The notes under the pieces: model-generated
Databases searched by the model: none
What the model was told of the DNA's origin: nothing
The model's input: the letters and a program-made list of their open reading frames with translations, nothing else
Source: Octopus sinensis
Lineage: Eukaryota
DNA: 64,000 nt
Direction of reading: 5' to 3'
NCBI RefSeq assembly: GCF_006345805.1
Contig: NC_043004.1
Span: forward strand, 99,138,001-99,202,000
Program-made: the position numbers and the translations under genes
Part shown: piece by piece, positions 12,507 to 25,240 of the stretch
Layout: the number at the start of each line of letters is the position of its first letter
Position numbering within the stretch: position 1 is the stretch's first letter

Positions 12507-12580
12507 CTGGAAATGTTTTCAAGAGCATAACTAATGACACGCTCTTTAACGAGGCTGCATATGAACTCCTCAAGAATAAG
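12507..12580 (+). CDS. Candidate internal exon (GNVFKSITNDTLFNEAAYELLKNK)
   Basis: Acceptor CTTTATTTCCTCGCAG, donor AAG|GTATTG, 74 nt with an open frame (phase 1 to phase 0); no recognised homolog. Confidence 0.3.
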
Positions 12581-12857
12581 GTATTGGTGCGTAGACCCAC
12601 GTGCTACATTTTCTGATTCTCAGAAGGTTGTGTATACGTTCCTAACTGTCGAACGCTGCTTTGAATTTGTCAAATATAGAGTTTTGTCCAGGATTCTAAT
12701 GAATTTCATGCTAAAGTTATTTAATTTAAAGCCTGCAGTAGAAGACACACTGTCAATGCGCTACGTACTGGGATTGAACTTAGAAAGACTTGATTGCAAA
12801 CTGGGTCTCCTAAACGCATGGTTACGCTTGCGCCTATATATGTGACACCTGTGTCTG

Positions 12858-12860
12858 TTT

Positions 12861-12930
<70 letters not shown>

Positions 12931-13130
12931 AGTGTATATATATAATACATATATATATATATATATACACATTGATACATAGAAGCATGCATACATAAGT
13001 ATATACAGACATATATATCCATAATATATATATATGCATACACATGTATATATACATATATATATGTATGTATATAAATATATATATATATGAATATGTA
13101 TATATGCATATACACACACAAAACACTTCT
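12858..13130. repeat. Compound (TA)n/(TG)n microsatellite
   Basis: Direct read. Confidence 0.92.
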
Positions 13131-13631
13131 TAATTCTCCTGGTGACAAAATATGCGCAATATAATATCGAATCAAGAGAGAAAAAAGATGAAAGTTGAAA
13201 TGTTGTGTTAGGCAAATGCCAAAGCAAGTTGAAATCTGATAAAAAATGCAGAAGTTATTGGAACATCAACATGATAACATGATTTTTATTACAAAAAATA
13301 AAAGCAGCATGATTAAATAATGTTAAAACATGGTTTAATAGAAGAAGAAATATAAAAATTTGAAAAACTGTGATGTTATAGCTTCACCAAAATATTTCAA
13401 AATCAATGGAAACTAACACGTAAAAAAATTTTGACAATTATTAGGATGGTCCTGATTGGACAAGTTGTGACATGCACGCAAGACCAATTTTGTAAAAGTA
13501 TTTTAAAATTGCTAGAAAACAAAGAAGATATTGAAGCAGAAGAGATTTCTAATATATCGAGCTGAATGAGATCTGTGTACACAAGGTGTGTGTACATGAC
13601 TGACTCAAAGTTTGTAACAGAATATAGAACG

Positions 13632-13632
13632 A

Positions 13633-13679
<47 letters not shown>
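13632..13679. repeat. (GAAA)n microsatellite
   Basis: Direct read. Confidence 0.92.
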
Positions 13680-14029
13680 GAGATTAGGAAATGTCATGCT
13701 ATAAGTTCCCCGTAATCACCTGCTAATGCTCTTCGTATGTATATAGAAATTTGTATAGCTGAAAATATGCTATTAGTATGAGTAAGATGAATAAGTGATA
13801 TAGTTTCTTGTTCTACTTTATACACTTTTATATAATTCATAATGCTAATTTCTAATGAAATGGAATGGCTAACACAACGCTTATTCCTGTCATCTGGGAC
13901 AAAATAATTGAACATGCTTGAAAGCATACAACTCAGTACTTAAAAAAAACTACATTTGATGAGGTCTCGTATTTCTTGGCTGATAAATTAGTACAGACAT
14001 ACAAATATACATTCATATATACATAGGTA

Positions 14030-14085
14030 TATGCACACATACGTACATACACACATACACACACATACATACATACATACATACA

Positions 14086-14119
<34 letters not shown>

Positions 14120-14152
14120 CATACATACATACATACATACATACATACATAC
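14030..14152. repeat. (ATAC)n microsatellite
   Basis: Direct read. Confidence 0.93.
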
Positions 14153-14204
14153 ATGAATACTGATAGACTGACAGACGTATATAATTATAGTCGCCATGAT
14201 AGAT

Positions 14205-14380
14205 CGTTGGCCATTACACACATTTTTTTTCTCCCCTTGTTTTTTCTGTGTCCCTTTCTGTAGAAGAGCGTAGGCTCGAAACATGAAAGACTTTTTCTAT
14301 TCCCGAGCGTTATACTAATACATCTGTTTGTTTTGTACACCACCTGTCTTCGTCTTTTGTTTTTTTCGTAAACTCTCCCT
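14205..14380 (+). mobile_element. Penelope-like terminal-repeat relic with a degenerate hammerhead motif
   Basis: Inverted copy of 40889-41067; contains CTGTAGA-A-GAGC-GTAG-GCTC-GAAAC and ends at a TA tract. Confidence 0.6.
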
Positions 14381-14705
14381 ATATAATTATACACAGATAT
14401 ATATGCATTTAATTAATTACGTAAATAATTTTGCTCACGATCAAGTGCAAGAATGTTCAACGCTTGTAGTGGAACTCATAATTATTTTGAATGAGCATTA
14501 GGGTTTATTACAAAAAACAAAGAACAAAAAAAAACAATCTATAGTTTTCTTCAACAAATCCCGGCAGAGAAAGCTAACATAAAATGCCAAAAGTACTACG
14601 TCTCACACTTTACCCATGTTTTTGTCTTTTGAATCTATATTTCTCAAAAAGTTTAGTGTTTTATTATTTGATAATTTATATGAAGGAGAGATAATTTATA
14701 TGAAA

Positions 14706-14930
14706 GCGTCGAGCTGGCAGAATCGTTAGCACACTGGGCGAAATGCTCAGCGGTATTTCGTCTGCCATTACGTTCTGTGTTCAAATTCTGCCGTGGTCGA
14801 CTTTGCCTTTCATCCTTTCGGGGTCGATGAAATAAGTACCAGTTACACACTGGGATCGATGTAATCGACTTAATCCCTTTGTTTGTCTCCTCTGTGTTCA
14901 GCCCCCCCCCTGTGGGCAATTAAGAAAAAT
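14706..14930 (+). mobile_element. SINE family C, full length
   Basis: GAGCTGGCAGAATCGTTAGC head with A/B-box-like motifs (GTTCAAATTC), the common body and a TGTGGGCAATTAAGAAAAAT tail. Confidence 0.9.
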
Positions 14931-16038
14931 ATATCAAGGAGAGTGATGGGGAGGGAAGTTAGAGGAGGTGGTGGTGGTGGTGAGTAAAATGTGTAAGTTT
15001 TTTAGCTAAGGTTTTTTCCTCCGTTACTTAGCCAGTCTATAACGCTTTCACGCGATTAGTTGAAGGAAAAGGCGAAGGGCGAAAGAAAAAGGAGAGAGAG
15101 AGAAAAAGAGAGTAAGATGAAAAGTGAGAGAGAAAAAGGGAGAGTGCTGTGGTATTAAGTCTATAAAATCATGCATAAAGTATATAAATTGTATATTTAA
15201 AGTACATTAAGTAATCATCATATTCCAGTTTCCTTCCTTTTTCAATGATAAGCAGATGGTGCATTTATAATACAGGCTGCACTTTCAGGCTTTTTGGATA
15301 AAGTTTTCAGAAATAATCCAATAAATTTACCATTAATTCCGTGAAATATTCACTCAACTGCTTGAGTGTTGCGGAGGTGCACCAATCACCACGGAAATAA
15401 CTGGCACCTTAGTCTTCCACATTCTCTTTATCTCTCTAATTTCACATGGTATTGCGACACTCTAATTTCACATGGTATTGCGACGTCTATGACCTTACTA
15501 TTTTGGTTTGCTTTCTACAATCGCATCTGGTCTTTTTGCTTTAATAGCTTTTTCAGTGTTTTTAGAGAAATCAGATAAAGTCCTATAAATACTATTCTAC
15601 ATCACCGACTCTGGCTCGTGCTCATACCACTTTTCTACTAATCTGAATCCTCACACTCTGCTAACATTCCAATGCACTCTGTTACAGACGCAGTCAAACC
15701 TGCACTTATACTCTTTTTCAGCTAGCTTACTGCATTTATTGAAACGATAGTTAATTTCGTTTCCTTTCCATAAAAATTATACATCCGCTCTCATAACTAG
15801 CGTTCTTTACTTCCACCATTCATGGATTGTTGCATGAAACAGCCATGTAATTTCGTTTTTTTTTTCCTGAGGTACTTGCTCTATCGTTGTTTTTGTTCTT
15901 GAATTATACAATTGTTACCGTGACTGTTTGGAAATTTCTAGCCATTCATTGTGCAATATAAAATTTCAAACTAAGTATGGCAGTACTGATGTTGTCGTCT
16001 GCATTTGGCAATCTTCTACCTCTTTCCTTTCTAGGTAG

Positions 16039-16071
16039 ATAGAAACTGATACTACTTTTAAGGCATGTCCG
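16039..16071 (+). CDS. Candidate 33-nt micro-exon (IETDTTFKACP)
   Basis: Polypyrimidine tract CTCTTTCCTTTCTAGGTAG, donor CCG|GTAAGT; only the second AG gives an open symmetric (phase 0-0) exon. Confidence 0.25.
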
Positions 16072-16198
16072 GTAAGTTCACAGTTAACAATTCTCCGCAG
16101 GGAAATCAATTCATAGCTTTTGTCTTCAATAAAATAGTTTTTAACTATACATGTTGACACACTATCGATATATTTTGTCGGTAAATTTCCTCGCAATG

Positions 16199-16209
16199 AA
16201 CTGCTGCTG

Positions 16210-16277
<68 letters not shown>

Positions 16278-16292
16278 ACTACTACTACTATC
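16199..16292. repeat. (CTG)n/(CTA)n microsatellite
   Basis: Direct read. Confidence 0.92.
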
Positions 16293-16557
16293 ATCTCTCT
16301 GGGATCGATATATGTATGTATGTGTAGCAACATATGTGTGTGTATGTGTGTTTGTTTGTGTGAGTAGTATATAATATTAATAACGGTAATAACATTAATA
16401 ACAGCAATAGGAATAAGAATAACAATTTTTGATTTAAGAACAAGGCCCGAGATTTTGAGAGCAGCTGTTAGTAATACCATTGACCTCAGTATATGGCCGC
16501 TAGCATTTTTCATTGACACTGGATGGAGGAAAGACAAAGTAGAACACGATGAGCTTA

Positions 16558-16628
16558 GTAGTAGTAGTAATAGTAGTAGTAGTAGTGGTAGTAGTAGTAG
16601 TAGTAGTGGTAGTAGTAGTAGTAGTAGT
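16558..16628. repeat. (AGT)n microsatellite
   Basis: Direct read. Confidence 0.9.
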
Positions 16629-16757
16629 ATATTTCCAATAACTATATTTGCATTATGTCATTTTGCCCTAGATTGTAAGATAAATGTTTTAACCTAATTA
16701 TATTTATCTATCGATCTATCACTTTCTGTTTCCCTACACACACAAACACGCACATAA

Positions 16758-16798
<41 letters not shown>

Positions 16799-17568
16799 TG
16801 TATATATGTACATATATATACATATATATACACACATATACAAACATATATATGTATATGTATGAATATATACATATGTGTGTGTGTGTATGTATATGGA
16901 TATTATATCAGCAAAAATGTATGAATCATGTATGGAATGGAAGTTATTTCCGTATTGAGCTGTATCCGTTGAAGCATGTTCAATGATCTTTGTCCCCAGA
17001 TGATAGGAATATGTATTTTGTATTAGCCAGGTCACTTATTTAGACATCAACAAGATAAATTATGTAAAACTGTTTAAACTAGAACAATAATCTATGTCAC
17101 TCGCTCAGTTTGCTAATAACATATTTGCATCAATACAATTTATACATATATACATATTAGAGGCATGACCAAATGATTATGGGAACTTTTATTTAAGTAA
17201 TATGAGCTCTTTTTTCGAGGTGTTTCATGGGTTATTGGCGCCATTTCTGTCCTCTGTGTCTGTGTCTGTGTGTGTCTTAATTTTCGGATCTATCATGTTC
17301 CTGTAAACATAACTCTCAATCGGTTTTATATATTGCAAGTCACTTCAGCTTCAGGCCTTATAGTTTCGTCTTCTAGTATATCCAAAATACTTTTGGAGTA
17401 CGTGTCTGTAGAATGGCCAACCAACTGCACCTCAATTCAGGAGCAGTAAATTTAGTTGATCAGAAAACAACTCTCTCTCTCTCTCTCTCTTTCACACACT
17501 CACACACACACATTTATATATATTCCACCTGATGAAGCGCCCACAGAGGGCTTTCGCTGAATAATGCT

Positions 17569-17899
17569 GAGACCCCCTTCAGTCATGACTGACCATAGAA
17601 TTGCACCTAGAAAGTTTCCAGGCAAAAGTCCGGGCAAGGTTGTTTATGGAAGACCAGCAGTCGCCCATGCATACCGGCCTCCCCTCTCCATGCCACCAGT
17701 GTTATCAAAGAGAAAGGCAAAGGTCGATACAGCTTGGCACCTGTGACGCCGCAACTCATTTCTACAGCTGAGTGAACTGAAGCAACGTGAAATAAAGTGT
17801 CTTGCTCAAGAACAGAACACGAGGCCCGGTCCGGGATTCGAACTCACAACCTCACGACCGTAAGCTCGACGCCCTAACGACTGAGCCATGAGCCTTCAC
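17569..17899 (-). mobile_element. tRNA-headed SINE, family D
   Basis: Minus strand GTGAAGGCTCATGGCTCAGTCGTTAGGGCG...GAGTTCGAATCCCGG (A and B boxes), then GTTCTTGAGCAAGACACTTTATTTCACGTTGC, a central domain of the kind seen in metazoan SINE superfamilies. Confidence 0.85.
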
Positions 17900-17926
17900 T
17901 CACTGAATAATATTCGACTATATATA

Positions 17927-18154
17927 TATTTCTTTACTGCCCACAAGGGGCTACACACAGAGAGGACAAACAAGGACAGACAAAGGGATTACGTCGATTA
18001 CATCGACCCCAGTGCGTAACTGGTATTTATTTAATCGACCCCGAAAGGATGAAAGGCAAAGTCGACCTCTGCGGAATTTGAACTCAGAACGTAACGGCAG
18101 ACGAAATACGGCTACGCATTTCGCCCGGCGTGCTGACGTATCTGCCAGCTCGCC
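17927..18154 (-). mobile_element. SINE family C, full length
   Basis: Reverse complement of the 33772 copy. Confidence 0.92.
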
Positions 18155-18454
18155 ATAATAATTGTACAGAGTATTCTTTAGTAATGGTAGTCGAATTTGA
18201 GCAGAACAACTTAAAGCTGGAGTGCGGTGCAGAAACAAATGTTGCGACATAGTACTAAAGTCTGTTATACTCCATCCTCGAGTTATATTATCCTTGTGTG
18301 CATATGTGTGTGTGTGTCTGCGTGCGCGCACACAAGCAGCGTGCGTATGCATTTGTCGGTGTGACTCCATGCATCGCTAAATGTACGTATATCAATCCAC
18401 ATGCAATGGGTTCGTGTTGTTATCATTTTTATTGTTGTTGTTAAGTCAGCAAGC

Positions 18455-18610
18455 TACAGCCCTGGACTAAAGGCTGAGCAGCATTTCTTCCGGCTTAAGG
18501 CTTTGAATGTAAATGCCAGCGCAGTCGAATTTGCTTTTCATCATTTCCAGGTCGATAAAAATAGCACCATTTGGTCACTGGCATCAACGTAACCGACTTA
18601 TCCCCACCCC
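18455..18610 (+). mobile_element. SINE family C, degenerate
   Basis: GTCGAATTTGCTTTTCATCATTTCCAGGTCGATAAAAATAG. Confidence 0.6.
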
Positions 18611-18650
18611 AGTACTTGTTGGTCGTGTACCAAAATTATTATTGTTATTA

Positions 18651-19066
18651 TTCTTTTACTCTTTTACCCTTTTACTTGTTTCAGTCCTTTGACTGTGGCC
18701 ATGCTGGAGCACCGCCTTGAGTCGAGCAAATCGACCCCAGGACTTATTCTTTGTAAGTCCAGTACTTATTCTATCGGTCTCTTTTGCCGAACCGCTAAGT
18801 GACAGGGACGTAAACACACCAGCATCGGTTGTCAAGCAATGCTAGGGGGACAAACACAGACACACAAACATATACACACACTTATATATATATACATATA
18901 TACGACAGGCTTCTTTCAGTTTCCGTCTACCAAATCCACTCACAAGGCATTGGTCGGCCCGGGGCTATAGCAGAAGAAACTTGCTCAAGATGCCACGCAG
19001 TGGGACTGAACCCGGAACCATGTGGTTGGTTAGCAAGCTACTTACCACACAGCCAATACTGCGCCT
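18651..19066 (-). mobile_element. SINE family A, full length
   Basis: Reverse complement of 2765-3166. Confidence 0.93.
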
Positions 19067-19067
19067 T

Positions 19068-19578
19068 ACTATTATTATTCAGTAGTTTTATTTTTATAGC
19101 GTGCTTTCACTTCACTACCGAGCGCAGCTCTATGTGCCTTGGGTATGTGCTGTAGTTTGTTGCGATGCTCTTATTGTTACTGTATTGAAAGTGTTTTGCA
19201 TAGGATGTGTGCAGTGCCCAGTAGTGCAATTTTCTGTATGTTATATATATTTGTTAGATCTGGTGTTTTTGTTATGTATTTGTCTGAATATTTTTTTATC
19301 ATACCTAATGCACCTATTATGATAGGAATTGTTTCTGTTTTTAGATTCCACAATGGAGTTACCTCTATTTCCAGGTCTTTGTATTTTGAAAATTTTTCCA
19401 TTTCTTTTAGAGAAACGTTGACATCTGCTGGCATTGATACATCAATTAGAAAGCAATTTTTTCTTCATGATCTCTGACCTATTGGCCTTAATTTCTCTAT
19501 CTGTGTGTATTGGCATATCCCAGATGATGGTTGCTTTCTCGTTTTCTGTGACCTTTTCTGGTGTGCGCCTATACAATC
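19068..19578 (-). mobile_element. 5'-truncated R4/Dong-type non-LTR retrotransposon: C-terminal restriction-like endonuclease plus 3' UTR with (AAT)n tail
   Basis: ORF 19177-19434 and upstream frames give IWDMPIHTDREIKANR, CFLIDVSMP, KEMEKFSKYKDLEIEV, PIIIGALG and QKIALLGTAHIL. Confidence 0.85.
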
Positions 19579-19631
19579 TTTCTTCTTCTTCTTCTCCTGA
19601 TCATCGTCATCATCATCATCATCATCATTAA

Positions 19632-19844
19632 GGCGGCGAATTGGTAGAATCCTTAGTACGCCGGGCTAAGTACCGAGCGGCATTTCGTCCGTCTTTACGT
19701 TCTGAATTCAAATTCCGTCGAGGTCGACTTTGCTTTTCATCCTTTCGGGGGTCGATAAATTAAGTATCAGTGAAACACTGGGGTCGATGTAATCGGGTAG
19801 TCTCCTCTCCCAAAATTTCAGGCCTTGTGCCTTTAATAGAAAGG

Positions 19845-19892
<48 letters not shown>

Positions 19893-20016
19893 TCCGACGA
19901 GGTCGACTTTATCATCTTTCCGGGGTCGATAAACTAAATACCACTTGAACATTGGGGGTCGATGTAATCGACTAATCTACTCCTCCAAAATGACTGCCCT
20001 GGGAGAAATTTGAAAC
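19632..20016 (+). mobile_element. SINE family C (19632-19846), an (ATT)n tract and a second partial copy (19892-20016)
   Basis: Head AGGCGGCGAATTGGTAGAATC; the body is repeated after the (ATT)n tract. Confidence 0.85.
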
Positions 20017-20927
20017 CATCATCATCATCATCATCATCATCATCATAGAAGTGACTCTAAAATGTTAGTTATAGCTTTGACATATTCTACTTATGTTAAT
20101 TTTTTATGCCTTCGTAATTTTTTCGTATATACATATATTTTCTCAGAATGATGTTAACATTTGTTTATATATTTTAGTTGATGTTTTTATTTGTTATATT
20201 TTTTTTTTGCTGCCTTTGTTGTTTACTTAGAAATGTTTGTCAAGTGAAAATAGATTCACACTCGAATGTGAAAGACCAGCAGATTTACACAAATTTAGTC
20301 TAACAAACATCAATCATTAGCTCACATTTAAAAGAACCAAATTTCTCGCGCAATCTATCTAAATTTTACAACATGAATTTTATGTATATTTTCCCGTTTT
20401 ATATAACTTTTTCTTTTATGAATTTCGATCTTAATTCTGTTCTGGTTTTGTTCATTTACTATATATAATTATTTAGACGTATTAATATATTTTAGAATTT
20501 TTTTTTGTTTAAATATGTTTGAAATGAAAATTGTTTAAATAAAATTTTAAATGTTTTAATAATAAAAACACTTTATTTTTTGGTCAAATGTTTGAAAATA
20601 GAAGTATGTTAGACAAAAATGATAAAAATATCGAAAACTTGAAATGCAATTTTTGTAGACGAATTTTAGAATTTATTGTAAAAGTTCGCATTTTACTTTC
20701 TTATTTTGTTATTATTTTTTTCAATATCCTTGTGTGTTGGAAATATAACATCTGTGGAATCTTTAAATTTCTTGCTTCATGTCTAAGCCAGCGTGTTGCT
20801 TATTCTTCTGCACCAGACATTCATACACACAGATGTATTTGTAAGTATATAGCTTATAACTTACACAGACGCATATGCAGCGATGTACATATACGTATAT
20901 ATATATATGTGTGTGTATTTGTGTGCT

Positions 20928-20929
<2 letters not shown>

Positions 20930-20981
<52 letters not shown>

Positions 20982-21092
20982 CTTACACACACATTTATGT
21001 ATACATGTATATGTACCATATAGACAGAAGTACAAATACATTAGTGTGTAAATAAATATCTGATGTCGAAGAATATGTATGTATATATAAAT

Positions 21093-21134
<42 letters not shown>

Positions 21135-21221
21135 CGGGAGAGAAGGAGAGAGAGAGAGAGATACATACATACATACATATACATACATACATACATATAC
21201 ATACATACATACATACATACA

Positions 21222-21255
<34 letters not shown>

Positions 21256-21260
21256 CATGC
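20930..21260. repeat. Compound (TA)n/(CA)n/(GA)n/(ATAC)n microsatellites
   Basis: Direct read. Confidence 0.9.
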
Positions 21261-22578
21261 ATACGCCGACATATTTTCTTTATATTTATGTGTATATTGA
21301 GAGGGTGAAGGGAAAAAAGAGAGAGATATGTATTTAAGCGTCTATATATTGGTATTTCATATATGGCATACGGCGCAGACTAAAAGGTCAGTTGAAAGCA
21401 TTGTGTATAAAAAAAAAAGAACGCGACGTAGGAATGAAACATGTGCAAAACAGCAACATTGAAAACCTTTACACACAATGCCAAAAAACGTAGAAGCAGA
21501 AAGAACTAATAATGCTAAATATGTTTATACACATGCACATATACGTTTGTGTGCGTGGGTATGTAAGAGAGAGAGAGAAAGGGAGAGAGGTACATGTATG
21601 TTTGTGTATGTATCTACATATGTAATATAAATGAAAATACACACACACACATACGCATAAAAACTTTCGAAGAAATTTTTCACCATAAAAAGTTATCAAA
21701 TAATCTGCAGGTTTGGTTAAAGCGTAGTATTTTGACGGGGTCTAATAGACAGAAATATGTTATTCGTTTACAGCCGCCACAGAGATGTGACTGTCCGTAC
21801 CTCAGAGATGCGATATTACTTCACAATTTATTGAAATTATGCCTCTTGCTATGATCGTTGCCAGCAATCATCTGCAGGAGGTCGTTTTCTTCCGACAAGA
21901 TAGCAGGCAATGTCTTGTAATGCTGGGATTTGTAATACTGTATTGGACACAAATAGATATTCGAGCTGTTAAAATATGCAAATACGCAAATTTGACTATC
22001 CTCCATATTGCTTGTCTAATTGATGACAACTTTATATACCATCTGACCTATGTTATTGGCAGAAGAAGCATTTTGGGTACGAATTCAGAGAAGAGTGGTC
22101 ATCTATTCGTGAAACTTTCCGTCGGGGGAATTCTATTCTGTTATTTTCGTTTTCAAATATTAAGCGTAGAGAAATATTACGTTTACATTCTTATTTAAAA
22201 ACAGTTAAACCTTATAATAACAAAATAAATTTCTGCCATCATTATGTACGTTATATTGTACATGCATGCATATCTACATTGTGATTGCTTAATCTTTGCA
22301 AATGATTGTCGTCTCCTTGTGCTTCCTCGTTGGGAGAACATTTCTGACTTTCCATCCATGACTTCTCAGATGACTATTCAGTCTCAGTGCATGTCTACAT
22401 GTTTTGAAGCATAAGTAACACACGTAAGCTGTTACTAACTTTACATTTCTCACTGCTCAGGTCTGAACGTGTGGCCACTCTTTCATTGGCATATGACTTT
22501 CAGTAGATAGAATAACAAATAAGGCTGCAATTATGAAACATTTGTACATCAGTGGATTATAGTGATAAATACTTGTAT

Positions 22579-22966
22579 GGATGGAAGCCCTCCGTCGGTT
22601 ACGACGACGAGGGTTCCGGTTGATCCGAATCAACGGAACAGCCTGCTCGTGAAATTAACGTGTAAGTGGCTGAGCACTCCACAGACACGTGTACCCTTAA
22701 AATAGTTCTCGGGGATATTCAGCATGACACAGAGAGTGACAAGGCCGGCCCTTTGAAATACAGGTACAACAGAAACAGGAAGTAAGAGTGAGAGAAAGTT
22801 GTGGTGAAAGAGTACAGCAGGGATCACCACCATCCCCTGCCGGAGCCTCGTGGAGCTTTAGGTGTTTTCGCTCAATAAACAATCACAACGCCCGGTCTGG
22901 GAATCGAAACCGCGATCCTACGACCGCGAGTCCGCTGCCCTAACCACTGGGCCATTGCGCCTCCAC
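22579..22966 (-). mobile_element. tRNA-headed SINE, family B1, with 12-bp TSD
   Basis: Head GTGGAGGCGCAATGGCCCAGTGGTTAGGGCAGCGG...GGTTTCGATTCCC; TSD AAATACTTGTAT at 22567-22578 and 22967-22978. Confidence 0.95.
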
Positions 22967-23480
22967 AAATACTTGTATAACACAAGCAGCACTCTCTGAG
23001 CCTCCATGATTAGTACCTAGAACCAGGCCGAAGCGAGATTATCAGTAATCCCGTGAAACCGAGGTTTTACATCAGTGTTCCGTTCCAAGAAAGGCGCCGT
23101 GGCAACAGCTACAGGTCCCTCACGGTGGTTTTACTGCTCGCCCTGACACCAACCAAGGGTATTTCAGCGCCCTCATTATCCTGTTACTCGATGATCACAA
23201 CTTTTATTTTTGCGCCAACCAGAATTTCCTTTATCACAATCGCCAATTATTGGAAAGTAGTCGATAGCTGACAAAGTTCAAAATACAATTTATGGAGGGT
23301 GGGTTAATTTTTTTTTTTTACCAGTTTCAAGAGTTGTTTACTTAACATTTGTAAAAATTGGAACAGTGCAACATAATTCAACGCATCATGACAACTCGAA
23401 TTCTGTGACTAACATGCATGTTTACGACATATAACGTATATTAATAGCTCCTATATCTCCCTCTCTCTCATTCTTCCTTA

Positions 23481-24080
23481 ATTCTTTACTACTCACGAGG
23501 GGCTACGCACAGAGTGGACAAATAAGGACAGACAAACGGATGAAGCCGATTATATCGACCCCAGTGCGTAACTGGTACTCAATTTATCGACCTCGAAAGG
23601 ATGAAAGGCAAAGTCGACCTCGGCGGAATTTGAACTCAGAACGTAACGGCAGACGAAATACCTATTTCTTTCCTACCCACAAGGGGCTAAACACAGAGAG
23701 GACAAACAATGACAGACAAACAGATTAAGCCGATTATATCGACCCCAGTGCGTAACTGGTATTTTATTTATCGACCCCGAAAGGATGAAAGGCAAAGTCG
23801 ACCTCGGCGGAATATGAACTCAGAACGTAACAGCAGACGAAATACCTATTTCTTTACTACCCACAAGGGGCTAAACATAGAGGGGACAAATAAGGACAGA
23901 TAAACGGATTAAGTCGATTACATCGACCCCAGTGCGTAACTGGTACTTAATTTATCGACCCCGAAAGGATGAAAGAAGGCAAAGTCGACCTCGGCGGAAT
24001 ATGAACTCAGAACGTAACGGCAGACGGAATACCGGTAAGTATTTCGTCCGGCGTGCTAACGCGTCTGCCAGCTCGCCGCC
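23481..24080 (-). mobile_element. SINE family C tandem trimer (one head, three body-plus-tail units of ~184 bp)
   Basis: Units start at 23481, 23663 and 23847; only the last carries the GGCGAGCTGGCAG head. Confidence 0.92.
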
Positions 24081-24343
24081 TTATTTCTGTTACGTACTTA
24101 TTCTTTCTATCGCCTCTCTCATTCTTTCTGTTACGTAATTACACATACCAAAATGTAACTTTTATTTTGCGACCTTGATTATTTATAGGTGATAATGTGG
24201 AGTTTTTTTAATCAAGAATATATTAAACTATTAAACTGTGCTGTATCCATTTTCAGACTACTATATTCTATGTACTCCTGTTACTCACGTGTTTTGCAAA
24301 ATGCACTACGTGAATAAATTATCATATATTTACTGTTAATTAT

Positions 24344-24614
24344 GTGGAGGCACATGGCCTAGTGGTTAGAGCAGCGGTCGAGGGATCGCGGTTTCGAAAC
24401 TCAGACCGTGTGATGCGTGTGTTTATGAGCAAAACACCTAAGGTCCACGTGGCTCCGGCAGAAGGTAATGGCGAACTTCTGCTGACTCTTCGGCCACAAG
24501 ATTCTCTTGCAGCTCACCTGCGACGGACCGGCGTTCCGCCCAGGTGGGGAACCTATACGCCAGGGAAACCGGGAAACCGGCCCTATGGCTCGAGAAGGAA
24601 GAAACAAAGGCAAC
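24344..24614 (+). mobile_element. SINE family B2 (B head, different 3' part)
   Basis: GTGGAGGCACATGGCCTAGTGGTTAGAGCAGCGG head; GCAGCTCACCTGC...GTGGGGAACCT tail shared with 35688-35927. Confidence 0.85.
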
Positions 24615-25022
24615 TGATAATCATATTTTTGTAAATAGCACACCACAGATAGAATGCTGCTTTCTTGTTATCACTAACTATGTTATGCTAAGTGTTGCTA
24701 TGCTTTTACTGTAAACATCTCTCCACTCATTATAATCTAGTTACCCATATTATAATTACTAAATCATTTTGGTAATGGAGCTATGCTTCTTAACACCTCC
24801 CTTGCTATATTTTATTTAATCCATTTCCATAAATACCGCTAATACTAACTACTAATTAAGCTAATATTCTTTTCACTTCATACATATTTAATTTTAATTA
24901 GTAAATATTTATTGGCTCACTAAAGTATACAGAGACTTGTACACCTACTAACACACACGCACTCACCTACACATGCGTACAAAAATAATTTTCAAAGGCT
25001 AACTTCAGAATATATATGCATG

Positions 25023-25240
25023 TACGAGGGGATGTTGAAAAGTCCCTAGTTTGAAGGGTATCACGAATATCTTGGCTGGAGGTCCAAACTTTCAAGTTCT
25101 TTCACGGGGCTTAGAAAAACTGAAGGTTGGCTGCAATGACTGTTTGAATCTGAGAAAGGAAAATATTGAATAAAATCATAATTAACTGGTACTCCAGTAT
25201 TTTCTTTTACCCAAAATCTGCTTTTCAGTACACCCTCGTA
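25023..25240. mobile_element. Mariner-derived MITE with TA termini
   Basis: TA|CGAGGGGATGTTGAAAAG ... CTTTTCAGTACACCCTCG|TA imperfect TIRs; related copy at 46648. Confidence 0.8.

Noticed and set aside
15435-15484. 25-bp tandem duplication CTCTAATTTCACATGGTATTGCGAC (similar small duplications near 1370, 14670 and 37480)
   Set aside because: Ordinary slippage-type micro-duplications.
21760-22200. Faint resemblance of FDYPPYCL...PSDLCYWQKKHFG to the mariner YSPDL region
   Set aside because: Too few matching residues, several stops and no TIR; cannot be supported by eye.
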